DNA from: Lama glama
Lineage: Eukaryota
Reading direction: 5' to 3'
Length of the DNA: 64,000 nucleotides
Assembly: GCA_028534125.1 (NCBI GenBank)
Contig: CM052818.1
Coordinates: 3,164,001 to 3,228,000 of the forward strand
Shown here: positions 39,701-51,659 of the stretch, piece after piece
How the letters are laid out: each line of letters opens with the position of its first letter
How positions within the stretch are numbered: the first letter of the stretch is position 1
Made by a program: the position numbers and the translations under genes
The notes under the pieces: model-generated
Told to the model about the DNA's origin: nothing
The model's input: the letters and a program-made list of their open reading frames with translations, nothing else
Databases searched by the model: none

Positions 39701-41589
39701 CCCCCCTGCCCTGAGAAGAGCCAACACCCAGGATGAGCCCCAGCGGCCAAGTCTGGGGTCCAATACTTCATTTCCCTGGCAGAGCAGATTGATAAGACTG
39801 TATGTAGATAGCTGACCCAGGCAGGCCAACCAGATTCTCTCTCCTCGGAATTTGAAACCTGAACAGAGAGTTTCTGAGCCTGGCCAGCCTGGGTGTGTGT
39901 CACATGAACTCCTGCATTCTAGAGAGAAGGTCGCTGTCAGTCTGGCCCTGTTTGTTAGCTGTCCCTTCAGTTCTCTGAGCCACCAATCTCATTCCAATAG
40001 TGTCCCATTTGGATCAGGCAGTCAAAGTTGCTTTGGGAAGACTCAAAAAAAAAAAAAAGCCCAAAAAACAAACTAATGTATAAAATAAATAAGCTACAAG
40101 GATATATTGTACAGCATAGGGAATATAGGCAATATTTTATAACTTTAAATGGTGTATAAACTATAAATATTTTGAATCACTATGTTGTACATCTGAAACT
40201 AATATAATATTATAAATCAGCTATACCTCAGTCAAAACAAAACCAAAACCAAAACCAAACCAAGCAAAACAAACAAACAAAAATCATTATAAATATTATA
40301 GTATCTAAGAAGCAGAGGCATGGTGAGGGGGAAACAACATGAACTTTGGGTTTTTTGTTTTTTTTTTTTCTTTTTAGAATCTTTCCACACCCAGGGTAGT
40401 CTTGAATTTTGGTTCTTTAACTGACCAGCTGTATAAATTTAGGCAAGTTACCCTTTGTAAGCCTCTGTTTCCTTGACCATGAAGTGGAGATCACCTTCCT
40501 CATAAAATCAGTTCTTTAATTAATCTAGTGACATTTATATTGTGGTCACTCAGAGGCTATTTTTGCTTATTTCCTAGTCCTGGGCTGCATCATAGATAGT
40601 TGAAACTTCCAGAAATTAGTGCTATTAGGATGCTTTGAGTATCAATGCATACCAGGAATCCTCTCTTTCTCCATTTTTTAAAGAATAAAGGTTTTAATAC
40701 TTTTCCTACACAGAAGGGTTTTTGTTTGACCACCTTGAAGTCTCGCTACACAGAAAGTCTAGAGGCGTGGTGGTGGCAACTGCACATTCAGAATGGGCCT
40801 TTTTATAAAATTGTGGTGAAAGACATATGACATAAAATTTGCTGTCTTAACCATTTTTAAGTGTACAGTTCAGTGGCATTAAGTACATTCACACTGTTAA
40901 GCAACCATAGGATGGTCTTGTTTTAATCTGATTTAAAATATTTAATTGCATTGTAATTTAATTTTTATGCTTTACTAAAATTTTTGCTAAAAAACTCACT
41001 AAAAAATTGTATATTTTACTAAAAGTAAACAAAAACCTTTTAAACTCTTTGTCAGACCACTCCTCTTTCTTTTTCTAGATTGGAAACTGCAGTGACAATA
41101 TGAACTGGATCAAGTTCTAAGCAGTTTCAAACTCTGCCCCAGGGAACAGTTCTCAGAAGCTAGTGCTGGAAGTGAATTTAGGAATTGTCCAGTCCAAGGG
41201 CCTTAATTTAAATGGTTGCCCATTTAGTTGATCATTCAGGCAACAAACCTTCACTGAGCCTGTGTCCCAGGAACTGGGATGGGTGCTGGAGGATGGACCC
41301 AGCCGTAGCCAAGCCACCATCCTGCCTGATGGAGCTGTGGCCGTCCAGAGGCAGATATGACGCACAGGATGGCAGAGCAGGAGAAGGGCGCAGATCTGCA
41401 GGAGATGAGATAAAAAATGTAACCTGGGACCAGATTTTGAAGGTCATCAAAGGACGCGCAGAGAAGAGTTTATTTTGAAATTTTAGTTCTTTTTCTTTTT
41501 TCCTTCAGAAACAAAGGAAAGGTTTATTCTTTGATCAAAGAATGGAGAAGTGTGAGATGGCTTTCACACACTCTCCCGACAGGCTTGCT

Positions 41590-41677
41590 TTATTTTTTAA
41601 AGGTGGTACTGGGGATTGAACCCAGGACCTTGAGCAAGCTAAGCAGGCACTCTACCACTGAGCTATTACCCTTCCCC
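41590..41677 (-). mobile_element. tRNA-Ala-derived SINE, short tail
   Basis: ggtactggggattgaacccaggacc...ctctaccactgagcta. Confidence 0.85.
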
Positions 41678-42930
41678 TGCAGAGAAGTGTTTAGATTTTT
41701 TTTTCCCCCTACTGGTCGTGGAGGCTCTGGGGTAGGAGTGGAGCTGAAGACTGATCGTCAACTAGGGAGTAACATGGTCAGATGTGTGTTGCAGAGCGAG
41801 CGCTAGCGGCAGTGCAGACAGATGGTGGGCTGCAGGGGCGCAAAATGGGACCTGGGCTCAGTGAGAGGCCTGTTGCACTTAGTAACTTGGAAACATTAAA
41901 CGTCTTTTTAAAATGATCCAGTGAGACAGCTGAGTCCATAGCCCAGTCTCAGTTTCTTTCTGGCTGACTGTGATACGAAGGATTTTTCAAATCTTTTCAT
42001 ATCAGAATTTGCTGATGTTTCCTTTCAAAGAAGACTCCCTCCCACCTGCTCCTTGTTCTTCGCCTCATTCCATCACCAGTTTCCCCGGGGCCTTGCTGAA
42101 GGAAGAACCCCTCCTCTGAGAACACAGTGGGAATGAAACTTGCTAGAAAAATGTGAAGCATTCTTAACCCTGCCACCTCCACACCAACGAGCCGAGCAGC
42201 AGGCTTTGCAATGCTATCTTTGTGCCTTCAGATAAAGAGATCAAAGTTTCTCCAAGGTCTGACTCCCCAGGCTGATTTACATGAGGAGCGGGGTGGGGGT
42301 GGGGTGAGTGGGGATCGGCTTGACAGAAGGCAGAAAGAAATTCCTGTTTCAAAGGTGAAGTCTCCAGCAGGGCTGGTGGCACTGAATTTGTCCTAGCGAG
42401 GGAACCAGCCCTGTTCTCTGGCTGAGGGATCAGACACCAAATTTAAGGCAGAGTCTGACCTCAACCTAGAATTCTGAAATATCTACACTGGAAGGGGCCT
42501 TAGGCCTATTTAAGACAACCCACCCATTTTACAGATGGGGCATTTGAGATCTCAGAAGTCTCCGACCAGACCTAGAGACATTTGCTATTGGCCTTTTTTC
42601 CCAATTGAAATATATTTGACATAAAACATTGTGTAATTGGGTAAATTTAAGGTATACAACATGTTAATTAGATACATGTCTAGATTATAATATGATTGTC
42701 ATTGTAACAATAAATAGCATCTCTGTCATGATACATAATTATTCTTTTTTTTTTTTTTAGTGGTTGGACCGTTAACTTCTAGTCTCTCAGTAAATTTGAT
42801 GATTATAATACAGTATTGTTGTCTGTATTCACTATACTGTGCATTAAATCTCTAGGGCTTATTTGCCACTCGCTGCATTTGCTATTCGCTTTATGTCCAG
42901 TGTACTTACCACAACCTCCTCCTGCTTTCG

Positions 42931-43038
42931 TCCACTAGCGTGTGTGTATATGGGTATAGATTTATAAAAAATTAGGGTGCTATACCCTCCCCCTTCATTC
43001 TTTATAAATCTATACCCATATACACACACGCTAGTGGA
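42931..43038. repeat. Perfect 38-bp inverted repeat with a 32-nt spacer containing an inverted SINE head
   Basis: 42931-42968 (TCCACTAGCGTGTGTGTATATGGGTATAGATTTATAAA) is the exact reverse complement of 43001-43038. Confidence 0.97.
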
Positions 43039-43050
43039 TGAAAAGTAGAT

Positions 43051-43150
43051 GAGTGCATGCCTAGCATGCATGAGGTCCTGGGTTCAATTCCCAGTCCTCT
43101 GTTAAATAAATAAATAAACCTAATTACTTGCCCCCCCCCCCATTAAAACA
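43051..43150 (+). mobile_element. tRNA-Ala-derived SINE body lacking its 5' head
   Basis: Starts at GAGTGCATGCCTAGCATGCATGAGGTCCTGGGTTCAA. The head GGGGGAGGGTATAGC lies inverted at 42979-42993. Confidence 0.85.
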
Positions 43151-44124
43151 TTTAGAAGAAGAATTAAACCTTGAGAGATGAATAAAACTGAACAGAATGT
43201 GCCCAATAGTAGCTATATTTTAAAAAGGTATCAATTCAGAAAGGGTCTAAGTCAAAATGCTCTGCCTTTAATAAGCTGTATGGCCCTGTCCCCTTCCTTA
43301 CAGTGAGCTCTGTTCATCCCAGCAGCCACTTATTATGAGTCTGGGACATCAGCACAACTTCAGCTGGTCAAGCGGCCAGACTACACTAGGAGAAAGCAAA
43401 TGAGAGGGCTTGGGGTTGGGGGATCCAGGCTCCATATGGACCAGTTAACTTTTAACTCCAGTAATTCTCATCCACGGCTGCACATTAGAACCCCAGGAGG
43501 CAGCTTTTTAAAATCTCCAAACCAAGGCTCCAAACCAGATCAATTACATCAGAATCTCTGAGAGTGGGCCCCAGGTATCAGGATTTTTCCAAGCTCCCCG
43601 GGTGATTACACTGGGCAGCCAAGGTGGAGAACCACTGCCTTTTCCCCAGGTCACATCCTGCACCTCTTCCTCTGACCAGCATGTTGAAAAAGTTTGGCAA
43701 TCTTTGTAAAGAAAAAAGAAAAATTGGGAAATAATATGCAGATAAATGGCTGTGTATTTCTCTCACGTTAACAAACATTTGTAGTATATGTGTTCCTGAG
43801 GATGGGTTTTTAACTTGGGTGTTCTCAGCTGTGTGACAGCCCCTTAATTATGTCGGGGCAGGCATCTGTGATAGCACCCCAGCTAGACCCGAAGGCCTTT
43901 GACACCAGGAAGGCAGTTTGGCCAATTGGTTAATAATGGGGGTTCTGGAAGCCAATGTAATTTCTTAACTAGGGCAAGTTACTAAATCAGTGCAAAGTGC
44001 CAGGCAAGTAGTCAGCCTTGTAGAAATTAGAGCCATTATTACTATTACATGCTTTGTACCTCCACGCTTCCTTGGGCAAAGTAGGTGTCCAATAAAAAAA
44101 GAAGTTCACTGGGTGACAGGCATA

Positions 44125-44451
44125 GGGCAACACTAGCCAACAGAAATATCATGGAAGTCACCGATGTGATTTCAACTTTTCTATAGCTACATTTTAAAAA
44201 GGAAAATGAAACAGGTGAAATTAATTTTAATAACACAGGTTACTTAATATATCCAATATTATCATTTCAACATGTAGGCAGTCTAAAAAAGTATTAATAA
44301 ATTATTATTGAGCTATTTTACACTTTTTTTTTCCTGTACTGCATCTTTGAAATCTTTAAAGATGGTGTGCATTTTACATCTAATTCAGACCAGCCACATT
44401 TCACATGCTCACCAGCCACGTGTGGCAGTGGCTACCTGTTGGGCAGCACAG
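44125..44451. mobile_element. MER33/MER3-like hAT-Charlie element
   Basis: ccaacagaaatatc...aaacaggtgaaattaattttaataa...gtggctacctgttgggcagcacag. Confidence 0.7.
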
Positions 44452-44611
44452 TTGAATGTTTCCTTTGTGTCCCCAAACCTGCACATTGAAAGTGTCCGTT
44501 AAATGTGCTCCTCTGGGCCGTTCCTACCTCCTGACCCCTCCTTACAGGGGTATCCATGCTCTGCCAGCTCTTCTCTTGTTCCAACTTGAGCCTGTTTTGA
44601 AAAAGGCCACA

Positions 44612-44770
44612 GAGGGGAGGGTACAGCTCAGTGATATACCATGTGCTTAGCATACATGAGGTCCTGGGTTCAATCCCCAGTACCTCCATTTAAAAAAAAA
44701 GTATATAAATAAATAAACCAAATTACCTCCCCCCAACACACATACAAAGAAAGAAAAAAAGAAAGAAAGA
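44612..44770 (+). mobile_element. tRNA-Ala-derived SINE
   Basis: GGGGAGGGTACAGCTCAGTG...GGTTCAATCCCCAGTACCTCCA, (GAAA)n tail; degenerate TSD aggccacag / aggccatag. Confidence 0.88.
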
Positions 44771-45498
44771 AAGAGGCCATAGTTTTTGGCCTAATGTCAT
44801 AAACTCAGATCCTTGTGTGAACATCGCCAGGCCTTTGCAAGATCCACTGGCCTCATCCTTGCTTCAGCTTCTCTGCTTACACCAGAAATTTGTGGTTGTA
44901 AGCGGAAAGTTACATTTTCTGTCTTTTTACAAAAATATTTGGTTGACCCAAAAGGCAGCCTGCCCAGGGTTAGGGTGGGAAGTTCACAGGAGCCGCCCGC
45001 TGTACCTGCTGCTCTTCCCACCCAGGCCCCGCCCCACCGGGGGTGGCAGCCTCCTGGCCTTGGCAGCCAAGTGGCATGAGTCATCCTGGTCACTGGTTCA
45101 ACCTCCCCTCCAGTCTCAGAGCCGCTTTTGTTTTTCAGCTGAATAGGCAGCCTGAAACACACACACACACATACAGACACGTGCATACACAGTGAGCCAG
45201 GCCAAGGGCTTGGTTCTTAAGCAGGAAAGCATATTGTTTGCCATAATTACTCTTGGATTCCTCAGCCTAGCCTCCACTGCCATTCCAGGGGGCTCTGGGT
45301 CTCTCTGGCAGGGAAACCCTCTGTGGTTTAACGGAAGGCAGGAGGTCGGAGAGGAATTCAGAGCCTAATCAAAGGGCAGAACAGGGCAGGACATCCTCTT
45401 GTGAATGGGGGCATATCCACAGCCCCACAGGACCCTGCAGCTTCCGCCAGCAAGGACACCATCTAGGCTTAGAGTCTCTGAGCACACCGATTTACTTC

Positions 45499-45645
45499 TT
45501 TATTTCATATATATATATATTTTTTGATAAATATATTTTTGATAAATATTGTATATATATATTTTAATGGAGGTACTAGGGATTGAACCCAGGACCTCGT
45601 GCATGCTAAGCATGTGCTGCACCACTGAGCTAAACCCATCTCCCC
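45499..45645 (-). mobile_element. tRNA-Ala-derived SINE with (TA)n tail
   Basis: tggaggtactagggattgaacccaggacctcgtgcatgctaagc. Confidence 0.85.
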
Positions 45646-46377
45646 AAATTGACTTTTTGACCCCAGCAATTCTCAACTGTGTTTGCACATTAGAATTACT
45701 GGGGCAGCTTAAAAAAATTCCGGCATGCCCAGTTCAAAAACCAGTCCAATTAAATCAGAATCTCTTGAGGCCTTTACTCTGTGACCAGATGGATTTATGA
45801 TTTCCAGTTCCTGTTGGAACCCTAAGTTCTGCCCAGAAGCCCTTCAGGCCTCCCTAGTCAGCAGGCCCGGGTCTTGACTAAACACCTCCTTTGCCCGCTC
45901 TGCTCCCGTTCTGCCTCTACCAGTCTGGTTGAGAAAGGACAGAGGTGGGAAATTACTTTCTGCTGTGGTACCAATCCTCACGCATTTTACAGCCTTCCTT
46001 CCCACTTCAGAGGAAGTGGAGATCGAGGCTTAACAGGGTCCTCACCACAGGAGCCCATCCCTTCCGCACCTCTGTGCTTTGCTCAGCTGCATTTCCCTTG
46101 GTCTTTTTCTTAAACTTTTAGTCTGTTTCACCATCTTCTCCCTTTCAGCTTATGGACATCCTCGTGTCACTGCCATTTGAAAAATGTGAATCCCTTCCTC
46201 AATTCTGTCTCCCTTTCAATTTAGTACTCTGTCTCTTGGCTTCTCCTCCCTGCTGAGCTTCTTGAAGGAATCCTTACGGTGGTCTGCATTTTCTTACCTC
46301 TCCTCAGCCTGCTTCATGTGAGCCCCATCACAATGCTGACACTCACTAGTCACTGGTGACCTCTGAGACACTAAATC

Positions 46378-46982
46378 TGTTCCTGAATTAGTTGACTAGA
46401 CCTGTGTTGGGGTCCTAGCTTGGGCCAAGACCTCTTGTCTCTGGCAGGGAGGTTCTTTTTCCGATCGGATTCACACAGCCAGTAACAAAACCAGTGCTGA
46501 GACTGGATAAGCACAAGCTTCATTCGGTGGCCAAAGAATGGAGAAGTGGGAACCTAGTTTGCAAATCAACTTCTCAACCCAATCTGGGCAGAGACATCAA
46601 ATATATAGGAGGGTTGAGGTAAAAGGGTGGGAATTAGAAAGAGTGGGAGGAATATTCATGACTTATTTGAGAACAGGGATGCGGTTTGTACCTGGAACTG
46701 AGGCAACCCTTTTCAGCCCTTGTATGGGCTTTTCCAATTGTCATGGCAACTGTCAACTGTCGTGGGTGTGTCATTAAGCATGCTAATGTAGTACAGTGAA
46801 TGGATAATGAGGTTCAAGGTCAACTGAAAGTCACATCTTCCACCATCTTTGGCCTAGTTGGTCCTAACCAGTTCTTGTGTTCTTTCTTTTCGCATCTTCC
46901 TCCTGAAACTTAGATAAGAGTAATTGTTTTCTATTCGAGGAGGGGGCAGGGATCTGATTCTGGGGCAACAGCCTTGGTAACA
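46378..46982 (-). mobile_element. ERV solo LTR (605 bp), probably class I
   Basis: TGTT...AACA termini; exact 4-bp TSD AATC (46374-46377, 46983-46986); TATA-like TATATA near 46600; interrupts L2-like sequence. Confidence 0.8.
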
Positions 46983-47534
46983 AATCCTTGGCCTACTTTC
47001 CATCTTCCTCTCTTCACTCTGGCTGTGTTGATCGCTTCCTTGCTGTTGAAACTCATTTTTGGTCTCCTGTGACTTCTCTTTTTACTGATTTCCCCTCATC
47101 TCTTTGATGGTTTCCTGGTCCTGTACTCAGCCTTGAGATTGGTGTTCCCCAGTTCTATCCTTGGCCTCCTCTCCATGTGAATTTATGTCCCAAGATTTCA
47201 GCTGCTACCTATGTGATGTTAACTCCCCAACCTTTGTCTCTAGCCCAGATTTCTTGTACATCCAACTGTCTACTGGACATCTCCATACTAAAACCCCTCT
47301 GAACGTGTCCAAAATGGAACCCATTATATTCTTCCATCAAATTTACTTTTACTCCGGTCATCCTATTTAACAGTGAAACACTAGAAGTATTCCCATTAAA
47401 GTTAGGAACAAGAAAAGGGGCCTGCTGACATCACTACTATTTAGAACTGTTCTGGAAGAACAATAGAAATCTGAACAGAAAGATCTGTTTAATTCAGTAA
47501 GTCTGTTAAGAAAAATAAATAAGAACAATACTGT

Positions 47535-47781
47535 GGGAAGAAGGATAAATTAGGAGTTTGGGCTTAATATATACATACTGCTATATGCAAAATAGATAAA
47601 CAACAAGGACCGACCATATAGCACAAAGAACTATATTCAAGATCTTGTAATAACAAGTTATAATGGAAAAGAATCTCAAAAAAAGAATACATACATATGT
47701 ATATGTATAACAGAACCACTTTGCTGTATACCTGAAACTAACAAAAACATTTGAAATCAACTACACTTCAATTAAAAAAAA
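47535..47781 (+). mobile_element. Lineage-specific L1 3' end nested in an older L1 (~47370-49450)
   Basis: ggataaattaggagtttggg...cctgaaactaac...aatcaactacacttcaatt plus A tail. Confidence 0.75.
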
Positions 47782-48297
47782 ACCCAATACGTGTTAGAAA
47801 GGAATTACCAATATTTGCAAATGTGGAAAATTCCAGAGAATCACTTGAAAAACAAAGCTAACCAAATAATTCAGCAAAGTTGCCTGTTACAAATTAATGA
47901 CACTCTAAGACAATAGCATTGTTTTATGCCATTACTCCCTCTCCCATTTAAAAACTTATATTGAGAGCCTACAATGTGGAGCCACTGTTTCTTAAGCTGT
48001 AGGGCTACAGTTATGAACAAAAGATATATGGTCTCTGCTCTCACGAAGCTTATATTCTAGTAATGAGATCTTAGATATTATATTAGAAAAAAGGTCTCAC
48101 CACAAATATAAACTATCTAGGAATAAACTTAACCAGTAATATGTATGACCTAGGATAAAACTGTTCAGAAACATAAAAGGAAACTTTAAAAATGGAAAGA
48201 AATACTATGTACCCAGATGGGAAAAATCTAATATGAATTTTAAGTTTTTAATTAACTTATTTTGGAGGTAGTTCGATGCAGTAAATTTAGTCAGAGA

Positions 48298-48444
48298 TTT
48301 ATTTTTTATTTTATTTTATTTTATTTTATTTGGGGGGGATTAGGTTTATTTATCTATTTATTTTTAATGGAGGTACTGGGGATTGAACCCAGGACCTTGT
48401 GCATGCTAAGCACACACTCTTATCACTGAGCTATGCCCTACCCA
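48298..48444 (-). mobile_element. tRNA-Ala-derived SINE with (TTTTA)n tail
   Basis: ggaggtactggggattgaacccaggacc...ctgagctatgccc. Confidence 0.85.
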
Positions 48445-49491
48445 TCAATCAGAAGTTTAAATGAGAAAATTTTCAAGAAAGTGTTGCAAAGGGTGTAGGC
48501 CTGGTGCTACCAGTTATTAGCATTTAGTGTACAGACACACTAACCAAATAGGATGTAGCTGGTGCAGGAAGACAGGCATATTGATAAAAGAGAAAGGAAA
48601 GTCTAGAATAAAAAGGAATATATTTTCTAATAAAGGCCTCTCACATCAATGGGGAAGAGGAAGGATTAGTCTAGAGAACAACAAAAAGTTTCATCTTGAT
48701 ACCCAATCTCACAGGTAGGCGTCGGAGGTGGCTGCCTGAAGTCCTAGGAGGGCTGGGAGGCCGAGCCTAGGTTTCGCCAGGGGTTCTGCGTTTGATTAGA
48801 AATGTCTTCCAGGGGCCCAGGAACAGAAGACTACACTCAGGCCACATATTTGTCATTCCTGGATTATTCAATAAATATCATTCAGATAACTAGCCAGCAA
48901 TTTTGGGAAAAAAATCATTAGCTTTCCCCATCATTTGTACCAAAATAAATTTCAGATGGATTAGATTTAAATGTAAAAGATGAAAACATAAAACAATAGA
49001 AGAAAAGAGAGGATTTAAAAAAATAATAATTATAGTAGGGAAGGACTTCCCAAGCGTGACACTAAAGAGAGAAACCATAAAGTTAAAGATTGATAAATTT
49101 AACTTCTTAGTCTCAGAAACTTCTACAAAGCAGAAGCCAAAAGGAAACTGACAAATTGAGGGGGGAAATGTAGTAGGTATTGATGAAGAGTTAATATTTT
49201 GCTATATATTGAACTCCTCAATTAATAAGAAAAATATGAACACCCCAATAGAAAAAAGTGAAAAAGATGTTAATAGGTAATTCACCAAAGAAGAAATGCA
49301 AACAGCTGAAAAACATAATTTTTTTAACTCACTAGTACTCTAAGGAATGAAAACTAACACAACGATATTACATTTGTTTTCACCTGCCAGACTGGCAAAG
49401 ATAAGTCTCTAGTGTGGTTAAGAACATGGGAAACAAAATTGGGAAAATCCCAGCTAATGCGGCTTACTCACCTGGGATACAAAATCCACTT

Positions 49492-50050
49492 TGTAATGGT
49501 TTCTGATTACCTTTTTCAAAGAGCAGTTAAGTATACAGAAGGTAGCATTTACTGATGAGATGTGCAAAAAATTGTGAAAAGACGTCTCTGTAGCTAAACT
49601 ATAATTCTGTACATCTGTGGTTAGCTAGAATATCCTGTCAGACTGTTAAGTTCTAGTTTCCTTTTCTTATTTTAAAATGTCTCTTCCTAAGAAATGGGTC
49701 ACGAGTGCTTAGGCTGCTGTCCCCTAATAAATCATTCACTTCTTGCATACCCAAATCCCTTGCTAAATTTTTTGCATATAAATTGGCCCCACCTCAGGTA
49801 CGTTGAGACAGCCCCCTGCTGGGCACCATAGTGTTGGCGTGAGGCCAGGGAGCCCACTCAGATGGGTCACCTCCTTCCCTGTGAGGAACAGGAGACTCAC
49901 AAGTCTCCGGCCTTCTGAGCAGCCTTCTGACCCACCTCATCAGACACACAAACAATAAACCCTACTTTTGTCACCTTGTTCTGGGTAAGCAGGAATTTTC
50001 TCTCCAAGGACACTGGGCTGGGAGATGTTCTGGGATGATGACATCAAAGA
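49492..50050 (+). mobile_element. Probable LTR carrying a CTCF motif
   Basis: Starts TGTAA; AATAAA near 49954 followed by U5-like sequence; interrupts L1 debris; GCCCCCTGCTGG at 49811-49822. Boundaries uncertain. Confidence 0.45.
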
Positions 50051-50529
50051 CCATCTTCATTCTGGCTCAAATGTGATTTTACTTTCTTTGTGTAATAACC
50101 AAATAGTCAACAGAATAAAAATAAGAAGATGATATACTATTACATTGCTAATCTGGTACTTCCTATGCCTGCCTAGGCCACAAAGGCACATTCACACACT
50201 GCTGGCGGGAAATTAAATTAGAGGACAATTTATTTGACTGAATAGGGCAAAAGGAAAGGAGTATTAAATGTATCAGATACGTTTACCTATATAAAGTAAA
50301 ACAAAATAAAACAAAACTCATGCATATCAAAAACACTTCCCCCACCAAAAAATACCAAAAACATTTCCAACATTCACAACAAGGGGCTAATCATCATAAT
50401 CATTAAGATGAAAGACGGTCATCTGTGCAAAGAATATGAAGAGGCAGTCTATGAAAGAAAAATATAAAATAAAAAAATTATGAGAAAAATTTCAACATTA
50501 TTAGAAATTACAGAATGCAAATTAAAATC

Positions 50530-51560
50530 ACAAAGAACTATATTCAATGTCATGTGATAACATGTAATGGACAAGAATATGAAAAATATACATATGTATA
50601 ACTGAATCACTTTGCTGTACACCTGAAGCTAACTTAATATTGTAACTCAACTGTACTTGATTTAAAAAAAAGAGGCAAACATGATGGAGAAATCAAAAGC
50701 TGCACAGATAAACAAAAGCTAAAAGATTTCAGCACCATCAAGCCAGCTTTACAACAAATGTTAAAGGATCTTCTCTAGTCATCAAACCATAAGAAAAGGG
50801 AACAGAAAGAAGAAAGAAAAAAAAAAAAGACCTACAAAAAATATTGCTATGACTGTTTGGGGTCTTTGTTGGGTCCTTATAAATTTTGGAATTGTTTGTT
50901 CTAGTTCTATGGGGAGTGTCGTGAGTATTTTTTGACAGTCTTTTTTTTTTTTTTTTCTAAGTTTATTTTTTGGGGGAGGTAATTAGGTTTACTCACCTAT
51001 TTATTTATTTATAGAGGAGGTACTGGGAATTGAACCTAGTACCTTGTGCATGCTAAGCATATGCTCTACCACTTGAGCTACATCCTCCCCTACAGTGAGT
51101 GTTTTGCTGGGGGTTGTGTTGGATCTGTGGATTGCTTTGGGTCATGTGGCCATTTTGATAATGTTGATTCTTCCAATCCAAGAGCACAAGAAATCTTTCC
51201 ATTTCTTTGTGTCATTTCAGTTTTTGGAGTATAGGTAACCTCTTTGGTTAAGTTTATTTCTAGGTACTTTGTTGTTTTGATGCAATGGGAATGTTATTGC
51301 CAGTTATAAAATTCTGGTTTTTGAAGTGAAAAAAAAAAAGTGAATGAAGGGCTGCAAATGGCAAAATCCTTTCTTATGGGTGAGTTGTATTCCATTATAT
51401 ATATATATACATACACACACATACACACACACACATATATATATCATCTTCTTTCTCTATTCAACTATTGATTTGCATTTAGGATGCTTCCGTATCTTGG
51501 CAATTGTAAATACTATTGCTGTTAATAGCAGGGTTTATGTATCTTTTTGAATTAATTCTT
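50530..51560. mobile_element. Rearranged L1 fragments in both orientations with a nested SINE (50941-51090, -)
   Basis: L1 3' end (+), ORF1-terminus-like ...caacaaatgttaaaggatcttctctag (+), then ORF2 and 3' pieces (-). Confidence 0.65.
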
Positions 51561-51659
51561 ATTTTGTGGTTGGCTTTATTCCTTTGAAAACTATGTAAGT
51601 TTAAAAAGCTAAAACTCTAAATGTTCTCAGAAACAATGAACAGTACATATATGTAGATT

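Noticed and set aside
44614..44688. tRNA-Ala(AGC)-like sequences here and at about 11 other sites
   Set aside because: They carry SINE tails, TSDs and stem-breaking substitutions, so they are SINEs rather than tRNA genes.
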